Shown in pieces: positions 39,478-50,410 of a stretch of 57,893 nucleotides of DNA. How positions within the stretch are numbered: the stretch's first letter is position 1; every line of letters begins with the position of its first letter. The notes beneath the pieces are model-generated. The model was not told the origin of the DNA, did not search any database, and worked only from the letters and a program-made list of their open reading frames with translations. Origin of the DNA: Nemertoderma westbladi (taxonomy: Eukaryota; Animalia; Xenacoelomorpha). The stretch lies in the NCBI GenBank assembly GCA_032718475.1, contig JAUCBJ010004742.1, forward strand, positions 1 to 57,893, read 5' to 3'. The position numbers were made by a program, and so were the translations under genes.

Positions 39478-41046
39478 AGTGCAAATTTGCGTTCCCTGGG
39501 GCAACAGATACGATCTAAACAAACCGGTTTGGTCGCTAGACAACCCATTATTGGACAGGTACAGAGCAGCGACGTCCACAATGCCTTAGAGGCTCACATA
39601 ACCCAACAGAACCAACTAGTGACCCGTCTGCTGCAACAGCTGGCCTCACAGTCCGGCAAAAACAAATACAATGACTCGGTTAATGTAACCTCAACCGACG
39701 ATAGAGTCTCCTTTGGGGATACCGATGTGTCGTCCTCGGATGTTTCCGTCGGGGCGATCGGAATACCGGCGAAACCGACGTCATTCTCACCCGAGACGTC
39801 CCTCGGGTTCATCCAGACGAACAGAAACAATCTGGAGAAACTGGATAGGGAATGCGACTATCTGGACAGGGCATTCCGGGATTACAGGTTGCGATTAGCG
39901 GCGCAGTCCGGGGAGAGAGGGGTTGGGTTGGTGGGGGAAGGAGTCGGTGAGAGTGGGGTAGGTTGGGTGGGGGAACCTCGCCCGGGCGACCGAGTGGTTG
40001 CTGACAGCGGGGCGCCACCGGTCACCGTACCGGATAGCTCCACTAGAGTTCCTGTAAGAAGCGCCGACCCCATCAAGGAGGTTATAAACAACCATGAGTA
40101 CCGCACCCCCGACCCTGCGCCGCGGTCCCTCGTCCACGTCGGAGACAGAATCCCTTACAGACAACCCTCCCCGGACTCACCAAGTCTAGAGTCTTCTATA
40201 AAAACAGCCCCGGACTCTTCCTGTCTGATTCCTTCTGATAAACCTATCCGAGATTCTCCTAGCATGGCATCCTCAGTTAAACCCGTTCTTAAATCACCCA
40301 GTGTTATTTCACCTATTAAATCAGACAGTTCCAGTGTGGTGCCACTAGACCGCCCCGGTGTGGTGCCACTAGACCGCCCCAGTGTGGTGCCACTAGACCG
40401 CCCCAGTGTGGTGCCACTAGACCGCCCCAGTGTGGTGCACCCAGCCCGGGACACCACAAGTCTGGTCTCCTCCCTCTCCAGCCCCCGTTCCCACCAGGCG
40501 TTCTCCCAGTCCCGTCTCATCGGCTCCCAGTGGCAGGAGAAATCCCCCGGGAACTCCATATCAGCGGAAACCGACGAATATTCCACCGATTCCACCACCT
40601 CCGTCGAGGAAGTCCACACGTTGTCGGGGCACCCTGTTGTCGACCAGATTGATGACGTCACAATGTCGGAGGAAGATTCTTTCGAAGAGGAATTGCGTAA
40701 GAAGAGAGAAGAGCGAGAGATGAAAGACGCGGAAGAGAAAGCGAAGCAGGAAGAGGAGCTGGAAGAGTTACGGAGGAGTGGAGATTCGTTGAAGGTTGGG
40801 AAGAGCGAAGAGGAAGATAAGGATAGATGGACGGATGGTGGGAGTGGTGGTGCGGCTCAACCCGACCCGATGCAACGCTACGTGGATATAGTTCGAGCGA
40901 AGAAAGATAACATCTCGAGAGGACTCGACGAGGCGGTTGTAGAAGAGGTTGAGTACGAGACGTCCGATGTTTCTTCTATACAGGAGGTGTTGAGCGCGGC
41001 TCCTAGTGGCGGTAGTTCCGATGGTATGGGATTCGGAGCCTGGTAG
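39478..41046 (+). CDS. OFD1: OFD1 last exon (low-complexity region, C-terminal coiled coil)
   Basis: In frame with exon 1; LEKLDRECDYLDRAFRDY and DPMQRYVDIV OFD1-like motifs; acidic end with terminal W. Confidence 0.8.
   Translation, partial: SANLRSLGQQIRSKQTGLVARQPIIGQVQSSDVHNALEAHITQQNQLVTRLLQQLASQSGKNKYNDSVNVTSTDDRVSFGDTDVSSSDVSVGAIGIPAKPTSFSPETSLGFIQTNRNNLEKLDRECDYLDRAFRDYRLRLAAQSGERGVGLVGEGVGESGVGWVGEPRPGDRVVADSGAPPVTVPDSSTRVPVRSADPIKEVINNHEYRTPDPAPRSLVHVGDRIPYRQPSPDSPSLESSIKTAPDSSCLIPSDKPIRDSPSMASSVKPVLKSPSVISPIKSDSSSVVPLDRPGVVPLDRPSVVPLDRPSVVPLDRPSVVHPARDTTSLVSSLSSPRSHQAFSQSRLIGSQWQEKSPGNSISAETDEYSTDSTTSVEEVHTLSGHPVVDQIDDVTMSEEDSFEEELRKKREEREMKDAEEKAKQEEELEELRRSGDSLKVGKSEEEDKDRWTDGGSGGAAQPDPMQRYVDIVRAKKDNISRGLDEAVVEEVEYETSDVSSIQEVLSAAPSGGSSDGMGFGAW
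40331..40438 (+). repeat. 24-bp coding tandem repeat (SVVPLDRP, 4.5 copies)
   Basis: CCAGTGTGGTGCCACTAGACCGCC units, only one substitution among them. Confidence 0.95.
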
Positions 41047-41539
41047 GACATTAGCAGCAGTGGGGAGCCGGAACGTTGTTGGTAATTTATACTTAATTAA
41101 TGGGTTTATAGTTTCTACTGCATTTATTGTAAATAGTTTCTTTGCTACATTATAAAACTATAATCTCTGACTGGAGTGGAGAATCCCCAGTCACCCATCA
41201 CACACGTTATTGTATTATATTATTTTTCACCGTTGATACATTATTTTCACTACTTCCATTAATTTCACAGGATATTTAGTTATCTACAACTCATTGTTTC
41301 ACATTATCTTTATTCCCATGCTTTTCAATCAAAACTGCGTAACAATAAGGCTAAATAATTAATTAGCTTAATATATTACAATGATGGTGAAACAATGCGA
41401 AATATTTACTTATTGCATGGGAAATAAATATAGAATATTATTTTCATCTATATTCTCGTTTTCAATCGTTAACTGATTTAAATCATATAGGTTATACTAT
41501 AGTTCAGTTCTATTTGAGCGCCGGTTCCGTAATCTATTG

Positions 41540-41605
41540 GTTGTCGGTTCGATTCGATCCCCGCCAGGGTCCACTCAGCCTTTCATCCACAGGGGTCGAT
41601 AGAAT
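41540..41605 (+). mobile_element. tRNA-derived SINE fragment with conserved central domain
   Basis: B-box-like TTCGATCCC followed by ACTCAGCCTTTCATCC..GGGGTCGATA; related segment at 56190-56240. Confidence 0.6.
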
Positions 41606-43084
41606 TTTTACAGGATTCTCAATAATATCATTGTTAATATTTATGCAATGTGATGAAATGTAAATTATATACAAACAACTCATCACATATTTACCCCGCC
41701 ACCACCGCTACATACTTACTTTAATATATAATTCAATTCTTTTTGCACTTTAATAATGTACAGTTCAATATTTTTTTGCTCTGTACGGCATTTTAATGGT
41801 ATTTTTTTATTATTTGAAACTTGGTTTGTAGAATTATTGTAACTTTTAAGCGTATTTTAAGCATACTTGGTTTGATAGCATTGTTGTATTATGTGATGTC
41901 TTATCTTACTCACTTGACTTAACAGGAATACCTTGTTTTGTACCATTGAAGTGAAAGTGTAGAATATGATATCATAACTTTATCATATTTGTTTTTTTGG
42001 AATGTGAATATTTCTTAATTCTTCGTAATGAAATAATATAGTACAATAATAGTAATTATAATAGTACAAAATATGTCAATTATAACGTTAATATTCTATC
42101 AATATTTATGATGTTGGTTGTTTTAATTAGATCAGAGTACAATTTTTTTTTATTTCAGCTAATAATAATAATTATTAATGTAATTGTAATTAATTGTAAT
42201 GCAATTCAATAAATATTTCAAATGTTGGCTTAGTCTAGAGGATAAGTACATTGGTTGAATTTGTATTAGGGATGCGACAGAGCTCCGGAAATCCGGAGCT
42301 CCGGGCCCATTGTCTGGCGCCGACTCTGGTTCCGGCTCCAGGCAAATTAACCCGGAGTCAATCCGGAGTTTATGTTGTTTAAATTCGAATTAAAATAATG
42401 AGTTTTTCTGATGTATGAATAATGTAAATATCATAATAATTAACATAATTACTCATTAAGTAATTTACAGCTTGTTTTTTTAAGTTTCCTGATAACCCGC
42501 ACCCCCTTGTGAAATTGTTAAAATGTTTGAACAAAAACATTGAAATGATTCAGTTAATTCAATTAATATTCTTCCTTAATTACAAAATCTTAAAATCTTC
42601 TAGAACCCCCATTCCACTGACCCCCCCCCCCCCCCCCTAATACTTATAATTCTAGAACTATTTTATATTTTAGAACTATATGTTTATTAAATTTATGTAA
42701 TAATTTTAATAGTTATACAATATTTGTGTGCGGAGATTGTATGTCAGTTCCTGATTCAATAATGTAAATAGAGCCCGAGGACCCTCTAAACAGTTGTGAT
42801 ATATCCAAATTACTAATATTATTTTAGATATCCGGTTTATGCCAGCCTACGTACGTAAGGTAGGCGGTACATGTTTTATCGTTTATCAATGACAATATAC
42901 TGAAAACTGCACCAACTCCTGGAAATTAATTAAACAATGTCCCATAAAAATAGTGTCGGTGATAAGTTGACAACAAACCTAAGTTACTGATAGTCTAGTC
43001 GTAAGAAATAAATATAACAGAGTTTGCGTAATGAGCGTGAACTGAAAAGTCTGATAACATTACAGTATATTTTAGCCCAATGGA

Positions 43085-44157
43085 CACCAGATAGGAGAGT
43101 CTTTATACGCAATCAAAATGCATTCCTCTCCAGGAGAAAATCGTCGCAAATATCTGCTGATTGGTACTAGTGTGTTATAGCTACACCCCCCCCCCCCCAA
43201 ATTTTTATTACTAGCTAGTTTTTGATATTTCTTTTTTTTGAAATGTTCTAGAACATGAAATACATTTGAAAAAAAATAATAAAATGTTCTAGAACAAATA
43301 TTTTTTGTTCTAGAACAAAAAATATTTGTTTTTTGTTACACTAGTGCCGCCACGCCAAACTCCACATTCTAAGGCAAAACATAGGTATCAAGAGGTCAAC
43401 TTTCGCCCAACAGCTAGCAGAGTTTAGGTGGAAGATGTTACACAAAGAAAACCCATTTTCTGATCTATTGCATTTGATTAGAAAATATTACCCGCTGCGC
43501 GACGTCTGCTAAATAATAAATATTACACAGTATATGTATTCTAAGCATTAATCATTAATTTATCTATGTAACTATCATTAATTTCTGAATATAATGACCT
43601 CAATACAGATAATTTTTAATTTTAATTAGCTATTAAAAAAATACTAGCTAACCCCCCCCCCCCCCCCCCCCCAAAAAAAAACTCATCTTGCCAGCAACTA
43701 ATTCTAAATAAAATAAAAAAAAAATTTCATTTTTTTGAACTGTTCTAGAACAAAAACTATTTGTTCTAGAACTTTTTTTTTTCTAGTTCTGAATAGCTAA
43801 CATGTTCTAGAACATTATTAAAAAAGAAAAATAGTACATTAATTTTTTTAATTTTTTTTAATATTGTTCTAGAACAAAAAATATTTGTTCTAGAACATTT
43901 TATTATTTTTTTCAAATGTATTTCATGTTCTAGAACATTAAAAAAAAAAGAAATAGCAAAAACTAGCTAGTAATAAAAATTTGGGGGGGGGGGGGGTGTA
44001 GCTATAACACACTAGTGCCTGCTGATTACTCCCAAAAATAAAACTGTAACCTGTTCTATTGAATATAGTTTATTGTTTTGATTAGAATAGCATGCGACTG
44101 TAAACTGCTCATTTCCCTTAATTGATAATTTAACATTGAGGCGAGATATTAATTCGC
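43085..44157. repeat. Dispersed repeat split by the foldback element
   Basis: 43085-43162 plus 44020-44157 align to the reverse complement of the uninterrupted copy at 55337-55542. Confidence 0.75.
43163..44019. mobile_element. Foldback/MULE-like element with about 160-bp TIRs
   Basis: GG(T/C)ACTAGTGTGTTATAGCTACA-polyC arms; repeated GTTCTAGAAC palindromes; (C)TGCTGATT duplicated on both flanks (8-9 bp TSD). Confidence 0.88.
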
Positions 44158-45254
44158 AGAGTAAGAATTTGCATCAAATCCCCCCCCCCCCCCCCCCCCC
44201 CCTGTCTCATGAACACATATCTGTCTATTGTCTACTCTTATAATAATACACTGGAATTATCAATCACCAAACCTCCGGCTCCGTCTCCGGCCGGAGCTCA
44301 TATTGTAACCCGGAGCAACCTCCGGGCTCCGTCTCCGGATGAAATTTTAGCTCTGTCGCATCCCTAATTTGTATTATTAAAGAATATTTTTGATTTTCAA
44401 AATATGCATTAAAATCCTTTTTGTAACATATATAGGCCTAATTAAATACAGTATGTGTGAGTGCTTTATTAATAAATGAATATTATCTTCTTTTTAAATA
44501 AATATGAATTTATTTTTGACAATAGGCTATTTTCAAGGCCTACAGCTTTTTGATAAGTTTAATCTTGCATAGGTATTAGGTAGGTATCTCATTGGTTTAT
44601 AGTCCATGGTGCCACTATATACAATTTTATCATTAAATGTGTAATTTGTTGTTAGATTAAATTTTAACATTTTTATCGTGTCAATTAACAGTCACCAGTG
44701 CCGATTGGATTGATTTGCCTGTTTCCAAGTTGAGGTTTGAAAAGCTGGACCCTCAAGATAGCCTTCCGATATGAAATTTTGATGACGCTCCTCCCTAAAA
44801 AGTTTGTACTGATCAGCTGTTTCTGTATTTAAAAAAAAATGCTGTACATATGGGATCAAATTTAACTCAATTTCTAGTGAGTCTATGTTCGTATCGCTTC
44901 CAGCGAGCAGCGTTGGGACCACCAAAGGTCTCTCATTTATTGTTAAGTTATCCTCGTAGGAGTCGTAGGACTGACTTTCGATATAATATGCAGATATGAA
45001 TGTTCGTTCTCCTTGGGCTTGGTTGGAGGCCTTGTCGCTGTCTGTTGTCGTGCAGGATCTAAGTTCGTTTTGTTGCCATGTAAATTCTACAATTATTACT
45101 GTATTATTGCTGTTGTGCAAATTGCGAATACAGAAATGTGAGTTGTTACTGTAAGCTGTATGCCGTTTTTGTTTGGTTTATGTTTACTAATATATAATAT
45201 CGAATCTTCTTACCGATCTAATCACCCTCTCAGCCTCTTCAAGTTTTAGAACAA

Positions 45255-46412
45255 ATGACTTCGCCTACTCCTCCACAGAAGGAACTAGAAGTTCTCTTCA
45301 AGGATTTATCGAGTCAGGGTCAAAATGGCGATTACCAAAAGGCCCTCAAAACCGCCAATAGAATCATTAAAATTAGCCCACAAGACAAAACAGCATTGCA
45401 ATGTAAAATCGTTTGTCTCATCCATCAGAACCAGTTCGTCGAAGCGCTCAAACTGATGTCTTCGAACCGAGATGAGTTGGAGTTTGAGCGCGCTTACTGT
45501 CTCTATCGAACAAACCGGGTGGAGGAAGCGACATTAATCGTCCGACAGTCCTCGGATAAATCGCAACGGATGCGAGAGCTGCTCGGGCAGCTGTTGTACC
45601 GAGCGGAGCAGTACGACGAGTGCCTCTCGGTATACCAGGAACTCATGGCCAACTCCACGGACGAGTTCGACAGCGAGCGGTTAACCAATCTGTCCGCCGC
45701 CTCGGCAGCATTATCCGGGACCGCGCGCCACTCCATGGACCCGTTGTCCGTGGAGGATCCAACCTACGAGATTGTCTACAACCGAGCGTGCGGGCTGGTC
45801 GCAGGGGGACGTGTGAAGGAAGCCGAGAGTGAGCTACAACGAGCGGAATCTTTGTGCCGGTCTGCCATGGAAGACGACCCTGACATGACTGAAGAAGACG
45901 TTGGCGCCGAGTTAGCCGTTATAGAAGTACAGCGAGGCTACGTGCTGCAACTGCAAGGGAGGAACCAAGAGGCGCTGGCCATTTATAATAAAATTATACG
46001 TGGCAAGCTGGGAGACCCGAGTTTAAACGCGGTCGCATCTAATAACATTATCACAATGAATCGCGATCAGAATGTCTTCGATAGTAAGAAAAGATTAAAG
46101 ACACTATCCTTGGAAGGATTGAAAAATAAACTAAACACCCTTCAACTGGGGGCCATCGAAAGGAATAAAGTTCTACTTTATTTGCACACTAATCAGTTGG
46201 ATAGCGCTAATAAAGTATGCGAGGGGTTGTCCAGGGGTTCCCATGCCGATAAGGAGACCTACTGTTTGCTGAAGGCGGCGATTCTTGTGCGAGAGAAGCG
46301 TCAGCGAGATGCGGTGGAGTTGGTGAGAGGTTGTTACGAAGAAGTTGGGGGCGTTCGGCTGGGGTTTACATTGGCGCAATTGTTGTTAGGAGAGCCGGAA
46401 CGTGTTGCTAAG
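45255..46412 (+). CDS. SRP72: Signal recognition particle subunit SRP72, exon 1 (TPR region)
   Basis: FERAYCLYRTN, LLGQLLYR, ERLTNLSA, YEIVYNRAC, VASNNIITMNRDQNVFDSKK; phase 0 donor AAG/GTTAGT. Confidence 0.96.
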
Positions 46413-47056
46413 GTTAGTGTCGGTGAGGGATGTGAACGGCTTAGATTCATTGGGGAAGGAAATATTTGTTAGGTACAATACTGGGCAATGTGGTTTAATT
46501 AGTTTAGATAGGGGAGGGTTGGGTAGTGCTCTCGACTTAGGAAATAACCCCCTCTAGGGGAGTATCATAGTGGTCGACCCTATTTATCAAATCACAACAC
46601 TTCTGGCGTACATGCCCTCATATGTCCACTATTTTCATGGGTTAATAAAATATCCCTAGCAGTATGAAAACTGAAAAGCATTATGAAAATTACACTTATC
46701 ATGACCCCGTTTATTTGTGTCCTCGCTGCATACATTTACTCTCGTCATAACGCTGGGGATTATCCTGTTTGGGTGCCTCCAAGTACAGAAGTAAAAGTTA
46801 GTAAAGGAGCAGGTTACAGAGGCGAGTTGAAAGGAACCCAAGCAATAAACGAGAGTTAGGAATGTTGTAGATTAGAAAACCAATTTTAATTCAAATTTCA
46901 TTGAGAATCAACAGTCAGATAGACCTACGGGAACTCTGAAAAGGCTGGAGCCCCCCCCCCCCCCCCCCCAAACAGGATAGAGCCTAACTCTGAAAAGTGT
47001 CACTTTTCACACAATGGATGTGGTAAAGTTATAACTTCATTGATTATATATTTCAG
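46413..47056 (+). other. Single GT-AG intron of SRP72 (644 bp)
   Basis: Acceptor TTTCAG/GTT; downstream frame is open and continuous with ORF 47195-47830; total 643 aa. Confidence 0.9.
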
Positions 47057-47830
47057 GTTCTGTCTGGAATCCCGGAATGTTTCGATAAACCGGCTGTAGT
47101 TGACCTCGTAGTTAACCTCCACTGCTGTACCGGGGAGTACCAACACGCGAGCGAGTTCTACGAACGAGTTCTGCGGAAGAGCGACAACCACTCGTTGCGA
47201 CAACGAGCCGCCGAGTTTGAGCTGAGTGTCGGACGCGTCGAGAAAGGGATCGAGTTGCTGGAGGAAGTTTACTCGCGGGATCGTCGTAACCCCCGTGTCG
47301 CCGCGCGACTGATGAGCGCGTACAGCGCGGTCGAGCCGGAAAAAGCGGCGAGACTGAGTCGGGAGTTACTGGGGGAGGAGGAAGTCGTACTGGATGCGGA
47401 ACTGTTGGAGACTACGGGACTCACGGGGTTCGGGTTGCACTACCGAGGGGGGAAGCGGGGGGAAGGGAGTCCGAGGCCTGGGAAGCAGGGCGGATCCAAC
47501 CAGGAGATAATCACATCGAAACGTAAACATCGGAAACGGAAGATTAAACTTCCTAAGGATTTCGATCCCACTGTTCCACCGGACCCGGAACGCTGGTTAC
47601 CTCGTAAGGAACGTTCCAGCTATAAGCGGAGGAAGGCGGATAAGAAGGGTGGTGTTTCGGTTGGGAAAGGTACGCAGGGGGCTGGGGGGGCTTCCGCAGA
47701 GTTTGATATGAGTAAGGGGGCGGTGGGGGGAACGGGGGGCACCCCTATAGGGATGGGGGATGCGGTTAAACCGGTGGGGGTTAGTAAAGCTAAACAACAG
47801 ACAACTAAAGGGAGGAAGAAGAAACGGTGA
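47057..47830 (+). CDS. SRP72: SRP72 exon 2 (SRP RNA-binding region)
   Basis: KLPKDFDPTVPPDPERWLPRKERSSY and GKGTQG motifs; lysine-rich C-terminus. Confidence 0.95.
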   Translation, partial: VLSGIPECFDKPAVVDLVVNLHCCTGEYQHASEFYERVLRKSDNHSLRQRAAEFELSVGRVEKGIELLEEVYSRDRRNPRVAARLMSAYSAVEPEKAARLSRELLGEEEVVLDAELLETTGLTGFGLHYRGGKRGEGSPRPGKQGGSNQEIITSKRKHRKRKIKLPKDFDPTVPPDPERWLPRKERSSYKRRKADKKGGVSVGKGTQGAGGASAEFDMSKGAVGGTGGTPIGMGDAVKPVGVSKAKQQTTKGRKKKR

Positions 47831-48690
47831 TTAGGGGAGGGGAGGCAGTAATTTTGAATTTTTATTGATTGTTTTTAATTGGTTACGGAGGGCTATATCA
47901 ATAAGATATTATGTTGCGTTGCAGTTTTGTGTAAATTATACAGAAAATAAAATACTTAATTTATCTTTTCGTCCAGAATTATTTTACTCAGCATTTTCAT
48001 GTTTTTTCGAGGCCGAAGGACGAGGAACGGTAGGCCTATACTATTCGATAGAAAAAGCACACGGAAAACACAAGATTTCACTTATTTTTAGTTTAGCGAA
48101 ATTAAACTATTCTGTCCGAACGAGTTGAAAAGTTTTAGAACGCAAGATAGAATGCCAACGAGAAAATACGGGTACTTTTGTTTTGGAGCCTCAGTTTTGG
48201 ACATTCATATTACCCGAAAACATTGAAAAATTGCGAATTACCTAAAAACACCACAACATATGCTCTGACTCTCATTTATTATTTTGGTTAAAATTATTTA
48301 CCACTGTAACCTGTTCCGTTCCCTTGCCTTCACTAAGGTAGTTTTGAAATGTTTCGGGGTATTTCAGTAATTCGTAGGACCCGAAGCTCCAAAAACATGG
48401 GTGGATGACCTGGTCTATTAGAATTGTGGATCTCGTCCAGATTGTCAATAAGTCAATAAGGATGTATTGCTATTAGGCCTATGGCCTACCAGGTCCGGCT
48501 GTCCGGTACTTCTAGCTGCCTTGTGGATTGGCCGGGCCTATAAAAGTGCCGGTGCCTCCTGTTTTACTGCTTACAAACACCGCACAGACGGTTTATTGGC
48601 AAGTACCAGTAACTTCTCAATGTGTATGCTGAAAATTAGTTAAAATGTAAATTTTAAAACTAATAATATCCAAATAAAATACCAATAAAC

Positions 48691-49015
48691 ATAAACCAAT
48701 ATTGGAATAGGATATTGAGTTCCGTTTTGGAGTACGGCTAGTAGACACTAAAGTTGCTATAACTTTTGAGTGTAGAGTGTGTGCGTTGATTTTGCTCAAA
48801 TTACGTGCAAACCTTTTCTACTCCGATGCTCTTTAAACACATGTAATAAAATTTGAGAAATTCCACTAAAAATATTTTATTTTACTTATTTTGCCGGAAA
48901 ATAAGTAAAATCAATGCAATCCTATGAGATACTTTTATGCCTAGGGTAAAAAGTACAAATTTTCTCCCAATTTTGAGGAATATTCTAGCGAAATAAGTAA
49001 CAATTTAAGAATACA
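48691..49015. repeat. Dispersed AT-rich repeat family, copy 4
   Basis: Matches 13459-13685 through AAGTAAAATCAATGCAATCCTATG. Confidence 0.8.
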
Positions 49016-49932
49016 GTTATCTTCCTTACGAATTCAATTCAAAGAGCCATTCTATGGTTATTCTGCTTAACGGCGATATGTTTCGTTTTTCAGTTAAATT
49101 GTATGAATAATGAATATACTGTAGCACTGTGTAGGTAACATATATTTTCTAGAATCCCGTATCAGAGCAAATTCTAAGAAACGAGTAAATAAAAATTATT
49201 GTAAAAAATCACATTATACAACATTATTTATAGAACATTATTTATAGAACATTTAGGCCTATTTAATCATATTTAATTTTGAATAAATAATATTATGTTC
49301 TATATAGGTCCTTGATTTCGTATATTGTCATCAATATAAAACAATTAATCCTTAAATTCTACAAGAATGGTGTCCCAAACTCGCAACTGGAGATTTTTAA
49401 TTATTTTCTCTTCACCATGTCCCATGAGACCCTTCCCATGTCTCGCCTCCGTGAATATCCACCTTTAGCTCTAATATCCTTCTCCTTTGCAAATTTATGG
49501 AAATAATGAAGAGTAAATCTATTGCGATATTGTCCCGTTGGCGAATCAGTAACTATGTAGAATAAGTTTCTTCATTGTGCTCAGTTCAATATCCAGGAGT
49601 TTCTGAATGCTGGCGAATATTGCAGCTGCACGGTGGTGGTTGGTATCGGCGCCACATTCAAAATCAGGTAAAAGGCCAATGTTTTGACACCATAATAACT
49701 ATGCATATTTGAATTTCCCACCATTTGATATGCCATAGGGTTAACAATATAAATTCGATTACAGGCATGTGACAGTCCATGCCTGTAATCTGTGGGACTA
49801 AACATATTATCCCTTTAATTAGTGGACATATTACAGGCAAATTACAGGCTGGACAAGTTATGCTCGCCCCGGTGTGTAGTATGAAAAATAATAAGAACCA
49901 TTCATTCGTTTTTATCCTGCCATTCGTCATTC

Positions 49933-50410
49933 GTTTTTTTTTTTTAACGGCATTAAAAATTGGAACGCTCTGCCTAATGAAATTAAAAACCTAAATAATC
50001 AACATTCTTTTAAATCTGCAATTAAATCTCACCTCCGTGTGCAATGTAAAAATAGGTACAATAGTCCTACAGTAAGTTATTAGTTTATTAATTATTTACT
50101 ATTTATACTGTAATTACGTTTTATAATAAATTGTTCTGTACATTACATCTTTATCGTTGAGTCGGGCATTGTCACGCTCTCGGTAAAGTTGTACATGTAC
50201 ATAGTGTAATTACGTTTTATATGGGTTTTAGGTTAGCGTAGTGTAATATTGTATTTGTAACCAAGTAACATAAAGGACCCCCTTGGAAATAAGCTGCAAA
50301 GCTTTAGGGGTAATCCTATATGTTATGTTGGACAATACCTTTATACCGGTACATTGTTTGGTGTATTTGTTATTGTTTTTACATAATGTATAAATAAATC
50401 TATCTATCTA
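49933..50410 (+). mobile_element. Second, shorter copy of the L2/Crack-like LINE 3' end
   Basis: Near-identical to 37311-37775; ends in a (TCTA)n tail. Confidence 0.92.

Larger units (their letters stand above)
42267..44366. mobile_element. Non-autonomous hAT element (2100 bp including nested inserts)
   Basis: 18-bp TIR TAGGGATGCGACAGAGCT; perfect 8-bp TSD ATTTGTAT (42259-42266 and 44367-44374); CTCCGG subterminal repeats. Confidence 0.92.

Noticed and set aside
46413-46472. ORF-track C-termini of SRP72 exon 1 and OFD1 exon 1 (35889-35966) as real protein ends
   Set aside because: They are read-through into introns; the conserved C-terminal parts lie in downstream exons
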